Below are positions 57,849 through 64,000 of a stretch of 64,000 nucleotides of DNA, in pieces. The notes beneath the pieces were generated by a model. The model ran no database searches. It saw only the letters and a list, made by a program, of their open reading frames with translations, and was not told where the DNA came from. The translations under genes were made by a program, and so were the position numbers. The first letter of the stretch is position 1. Each line of letters begins with the position of its first letter. The DNA lies in NCBI RefSeq assembly GCF_009914755.1, contig NC_060927.1; one strand, written 5' to 3'. The DNA is from the human T2T-CHM13v2.0 reference genome, Homo sapiens.

Positions 57849-58169
57849 GCTAAATTACTTATCGACTGAAATCTATTGCTAGAGAATTACTGGGTTCTTT
57901 TGGAGGTGTAATTATTTCCTTGCTTTTTCTTGATTCCTGTGTCCTTACTTACATTGATATTATATGTGTGTCTAGTACAACAGTCACTTCTTCCAGTGTT
58001 CTGAATTTACTTTCGTAGAAGAGGACTTCTCCCTGAAGATGTATCTGTGGTGTTCGTTGGGCAGGATACTTTGGTTTTGAATCTGGGTTTGTACAGTAGT
58101 GTAATCTCTGTATGATTCCTTCTACTGTAAACAGTATCAGTGGTATCCATGACTTCCTCAGTGGCTTAG

Positions 58170-58490
58170 GGCGGCAGCCCCCAACGTTTTTGGCACCAGG
58201 GACCAGTTTCGTGGAAGATAATTTTTCCACAGACAGGGATGGGGTTTGTGTGGGTAAGAGATGAGGGTTGGGTGGGATGGTTTCAGGATGAAACTGTTCC
58301 ATCTCAGATCATCAGGCATTAAGAGTTTCATAAGCAGTGCACAACCTAGATCCCTCACATACACAGTCCACAATAGGGTTCATGCTCCTATGAGAATCTA
58401 ATGCCACCACTGATCTAACAGGAAGCGGAGCTCAGGGGGTAATGTTTGCTTGCCTGCCACTCACCGGCTCCTGTGGAGCCCAGTTCCTAA
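58170..58490 (+). mobile_element. MER1B-like hAT-Charlie DNA transposon
   Basis: ccccaacgtttttggcaccagggaccagtttcgtggaagataatttttccacagac matches the MER1 terminus. Confidence 0.85.
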
Positions 58491-60432
58491 GTAATGTGGG
58501 GGGTGGGGAGGAGGTGGGGGTGCCTGGCTTGAGGTGCATAAAGTACTGCTGGGGACTGGGCTGTCAAGGGGGCCATGCTTTGGGCCCCAGAGTGGTGTAT
58601 ACTGGCACTGGTGTTAGCAGGTCCAGGCAGGCCAATTCCTGGGACTCCAGCTGGCTTGCTGGAGTGCCAGGAATGGCAGCAGTGGATCGAGCAGGTGGGT
58701 GGGTTCCCGAGCCCTTGGGCAGTGGATGTGGCAAGGGTGAAAGCAGTAGCAGTGCTGGGCCAACTCTCTGGGACCCAAGTGTTCTGCACCAGTGCTGGCA
58801 ATGGCTATGATAGGTGAGCTAGTACCCGGACCGACAGGTAACACATGAAGATGGGTGCCAGTTGTCGTGGTAGTGACAGATTGAGTGGCCCTGACCCCAC
58901 ATGCTGGGAAAAGTGCTCAGGTATCACTAATTGTCAATTGGGCTGGACAATCCCCAGGCCCCTGGATGGAATGTGCAGATAATTACATGTACGTGATCAA
59001 TCAGTTGCTGCTTTTAAGATTTTCATCGGTTTGATGATGATGTATCTAAATGGGGCTCTCTTTGTGATTATCTTACTTGAAATTCTTGGAGCTGTTTTTC
59101 ATCAATTTGAGAGGTTTTCAGCATTATGTCTTCAAATCTTTTTTCTCTCCCTTTCTCTTCTCTCCTCTGGAGCTCCCACTATAGGTCTGCAAGGAAACCT
59201 GACACTAGGGGTTGCTCCTCTCTTTCTATAGCCAATGACTTAGGTGAAGTTTGTACTTAACTACCTCAAGCCCGTAAGGATGTACCATGTGCTGACAGAT
59301 CTGTGTATAGGTTGGGGGATGCACTCAAAGTTGCAGCCAATTTTCAAGTATCCTTTGGATTCTGCTCTTCACCAGGTTCTTTTGCATCTTCCCCCACAGC
59401 ATGTGTAGGTTTTCCAGCTGGCTGGGAATGTGTGGAGAGCTTATCTCAGTCCTTTTATAGATGTCTAATTTTCAGAATATTCTTTAACTTGGATCGTCAC
59501 CTTGGGCCATCAAAGTTGCAGCTTTACTCCATGCATTTCTGCATCAACCACTTTTAGCTGGCAAAGTCATAGATTCCCCTCTCCCCTAAACCCCACACAT
59601 ATATATTCACTATCTTCCTGAATGAGTATATCATATATCTCCTTTGGTGACAAAGCTGTTGGTTTTGCAGTTAGTTCTATGCTGGCAAAATTACTATTCT
59701 CACCAACCAAGTCTCTTTCCCTTCTTTTTGGGGTTTGCCATCGCTTATAAGAATTTGCTTCAAATCAATCTATTTTGTTTTCTTGCCTAAGGGAAAAAAA
59801 TCTACGGAGGAGATTTGATGCCAAAGATTAACATAACTTAGAGTCACACATTCTAGGAATCTATGTGAACTTGAACTTTAACAGAAATGATCCAATTTGT
59901 AATCATAAGGTCCTGTTATCAAAATATTTCTAAATTCTGGCAAGTGACCCAAAGTAACATTTTATAGTTTGATACAATTAAAATAAAACTTTTCTCCAGG
60001 TATGTGATTCAACCAAAATATCATCTACTTGTCTGGTCCAAAGTATCTATGAGGAAAGCAATGCTACTGCATGATGTGGCAAAAACTTCATGGACTCACT
60101 GTTGAGAATGCTTTCTAGTTCTAGCTGGCCTGCTTAGGTTTTGATCTACCAATAATATAAAGAGGCATTAAGCCCCCACACTTGTGAATTAACTGACTCT
60201 TTTCCTGGAATGCTAGGATAACAGCTGTGTCACAGGTAACTTTTAATCTTTCCCAGGTCTGATGACCAAATTGATAACTATAAAAATATTTCCATCTCAT
60301 TGCGTCTACTCTAATATAGTCAATACCCTGAGTTTTCATTCATACAAACAGGACTCTTTTCCACAGCTAATTATGAGAACACCTAGAAGACAGTGCATTT
60401 TTTCATATTCAATAAAATGAAAAGAAACCAAC

Positions 60433-60644
60433 CTCTTTTTTCTTCTTCTCGTTTTAGTTTATCTTCCTCTATTTCTTTTGGCAATTTTTCCTTTCTCTCT
60501 TTCTCCACATCATTATGCAAATGTTTTGTGGTATAGCTGAGTGCCGGTGAAAGAAGAATCTCTCCATTTTTGCAGAGTTCATCACGAATTTTAATAAAAA
60601 ACTGCTGAAGTTCTACTGCATCTTCATATATTTCTGAATCTGTC
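60433..60644 (-). CDS. PBRM1: PBRM1 exon E17 (212 nt): end of bromodomain 6 and charged linker
   Basis: gttatag|G ACA GAT... translates TDSEIYEDAVELQQFFIKIRDELCKNGEILLSPALSYTTKHLHNDVEKERKEKLPKEIEEDKLKREEEKR; donor AGAG|gttggt. Confidence 0.96.
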
Positions 60645-61330
60645 CTATAACAGCATCAAGAGTATCCATTGACATACAAGCTGTTTCTTTTAAACACCTC
60701 AATTATATGTTAAATTCTATTAAATGCTTCTTTAATTGATATAGTGGTATTTCTGTACAGGTCTATGAAGAGTATCTTTCCGAAGTTTGTTAGAACAAAA
60801 TCCAAAGTGTCATTTTACCATGGTAAGCCCCATGCCCACCATTTTCCTTTACTTCAAGGCTCACTTCTTGTACAGCTCATGAAAAACGAAAGGCCTCATG
60901 TATTTTCTCTTGGAGATATATGGCACACGCATCAATCGATTCTGGCAGGGGAAGGTGGCTGCCAGAACCAAGAATTGTACCAAGGCTCCACAATATGTTC
61001 AACACTTACTCGTATCTATTCTTTGAATTTTTACTTTCTCTTAATAGCAGACCGATGTGTTACATAATAGGCTCTATTTTCTTCCTTTTGGTCCTACATC
61101 ATGGTTGCCTAGGCTAGTGAGACCCTGTGAATATCGGAACCTAAAGCAAAGCCATGAAAGTATTCTATAATGGTTACAGGCCTCAGAGTTAATGTTCATT
61201 TTAGTTTCCCAGAAATAACTGTGTAATTCTGGGGAACCAGCAAAGGCAACATAGTGAAAGATGGAAAAAAGATTATGTATGTCATACCCAGAACTTTTCT
61301 GAGTCTCCTTCCTCATTTATGAAATAAAGC

Positions 61331-63220
<1,890 letters not shown>

Positions 63221-64000
63221 CCTAAAACATAATTTTATGTTTGTTTTCTGAATGAAGATATTTGAATTCTGTTCACTTGAAATTAAAGTTCATTTTATAA
63301 TAGTGTACAATTTTAAGTATAAAAAGTGAAAATTTCTGTAAATTAAAAGTAAAAAATTTTTGTAAAATTTTTGTAAATACCTTTCATGGTATACTAAAAG
63401 GGCAGATCATAATTCCATCATATCGCATGGTTTAGAAATGAACATTCTGTACAAGAGTCACTAAACACCTAGTATATGCTTTTGTTTATTCAAAGCATTA
63501 TAAAGAATTTATTAGTCTACGAGGTCAGGTATTCATTGAATGTGCAGGAACATAAACGCAAGCTGGAAAAAGAACTCTAAATTCCCCTCAATTGGTAATC
63601 TTTTTATATAAGGCAGACATTCAGCAAAAGGAAATAATTAAGAATACAGGAGGCTCTTAATGCTTCCCTTGTTCATCTTCCCACAGGTCTCTTTTACCTG
63701 CAAGGGGATCAGAGTGTTTAGTCTGGGAATACTGCCAGCAGTTTAGGAAAGCCAGCAGCCAACTGGCATGAGTCAGCACTGTGCTGTTACTAAATACTGT
63801 TGATGGACAAACTATTGTCACCTGAGTGAATTTTTCTCTTGTTACGTCTCACTGTTCAGATTCCTTCTATTTTAGCCTGTGAAGTCCTAGGTGATGTTGG
63901 GTAGCAGTGGTGGGTAGGGGTAGGGGTAAATGGTGATGAAGCATGAAGACTCTTAGAGATCAACATGGAAATCTACGGTATGTAGACTTCATTGAATTTA

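Overview
Human (primate) genomic DNA, very Alu-dense, containing the 3' half of PBRM1 (polybromo-1/BAF180, PBAF subunit) on the minus strand. I traced 14 GT-AG coding exons from 60644 down to the TAA at 4968-4970. They splice in consistent phase into 833 codons plus stop: end of bromodomain 6, BAH1, BAH2, HMG box, then the Pro/Gly/Gln-rich C-terminus. A ~2.7 kb 3'UTR follows, ending near AATAAA at 2291-2296. Exons are numbered here so that the last is E30; numbering differs between transcripts. Introns carry dozens of Alus, L1/L2/MIR fragments, a MaLR solo LTR, MER1B, and two tailless snRNA retrocopies (U6, U6atac). Almost all supplied ORFs are Alu/L1 artefacts. The most interesting region is an ~8 kb Alu-free zone (11003-18944) around the phase-1 cassette exons E26/E27. 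It holds a decayed tandem copy of E26 that retains its 5' splice site, candidate 6-nt and 12-nt in-frame microexons, a candidate 90-nt in-frame exon whose donor is locked in a hairpin, a candidate poison exon, and an RBFOX/QKI motif cluster. Together these suggest a hidden combinatorial splicing module remodelling the post-HMG tail of PBRM1. All cryptic-exon calls are sequence-only predictions and need RNA-seq and conservation checks.
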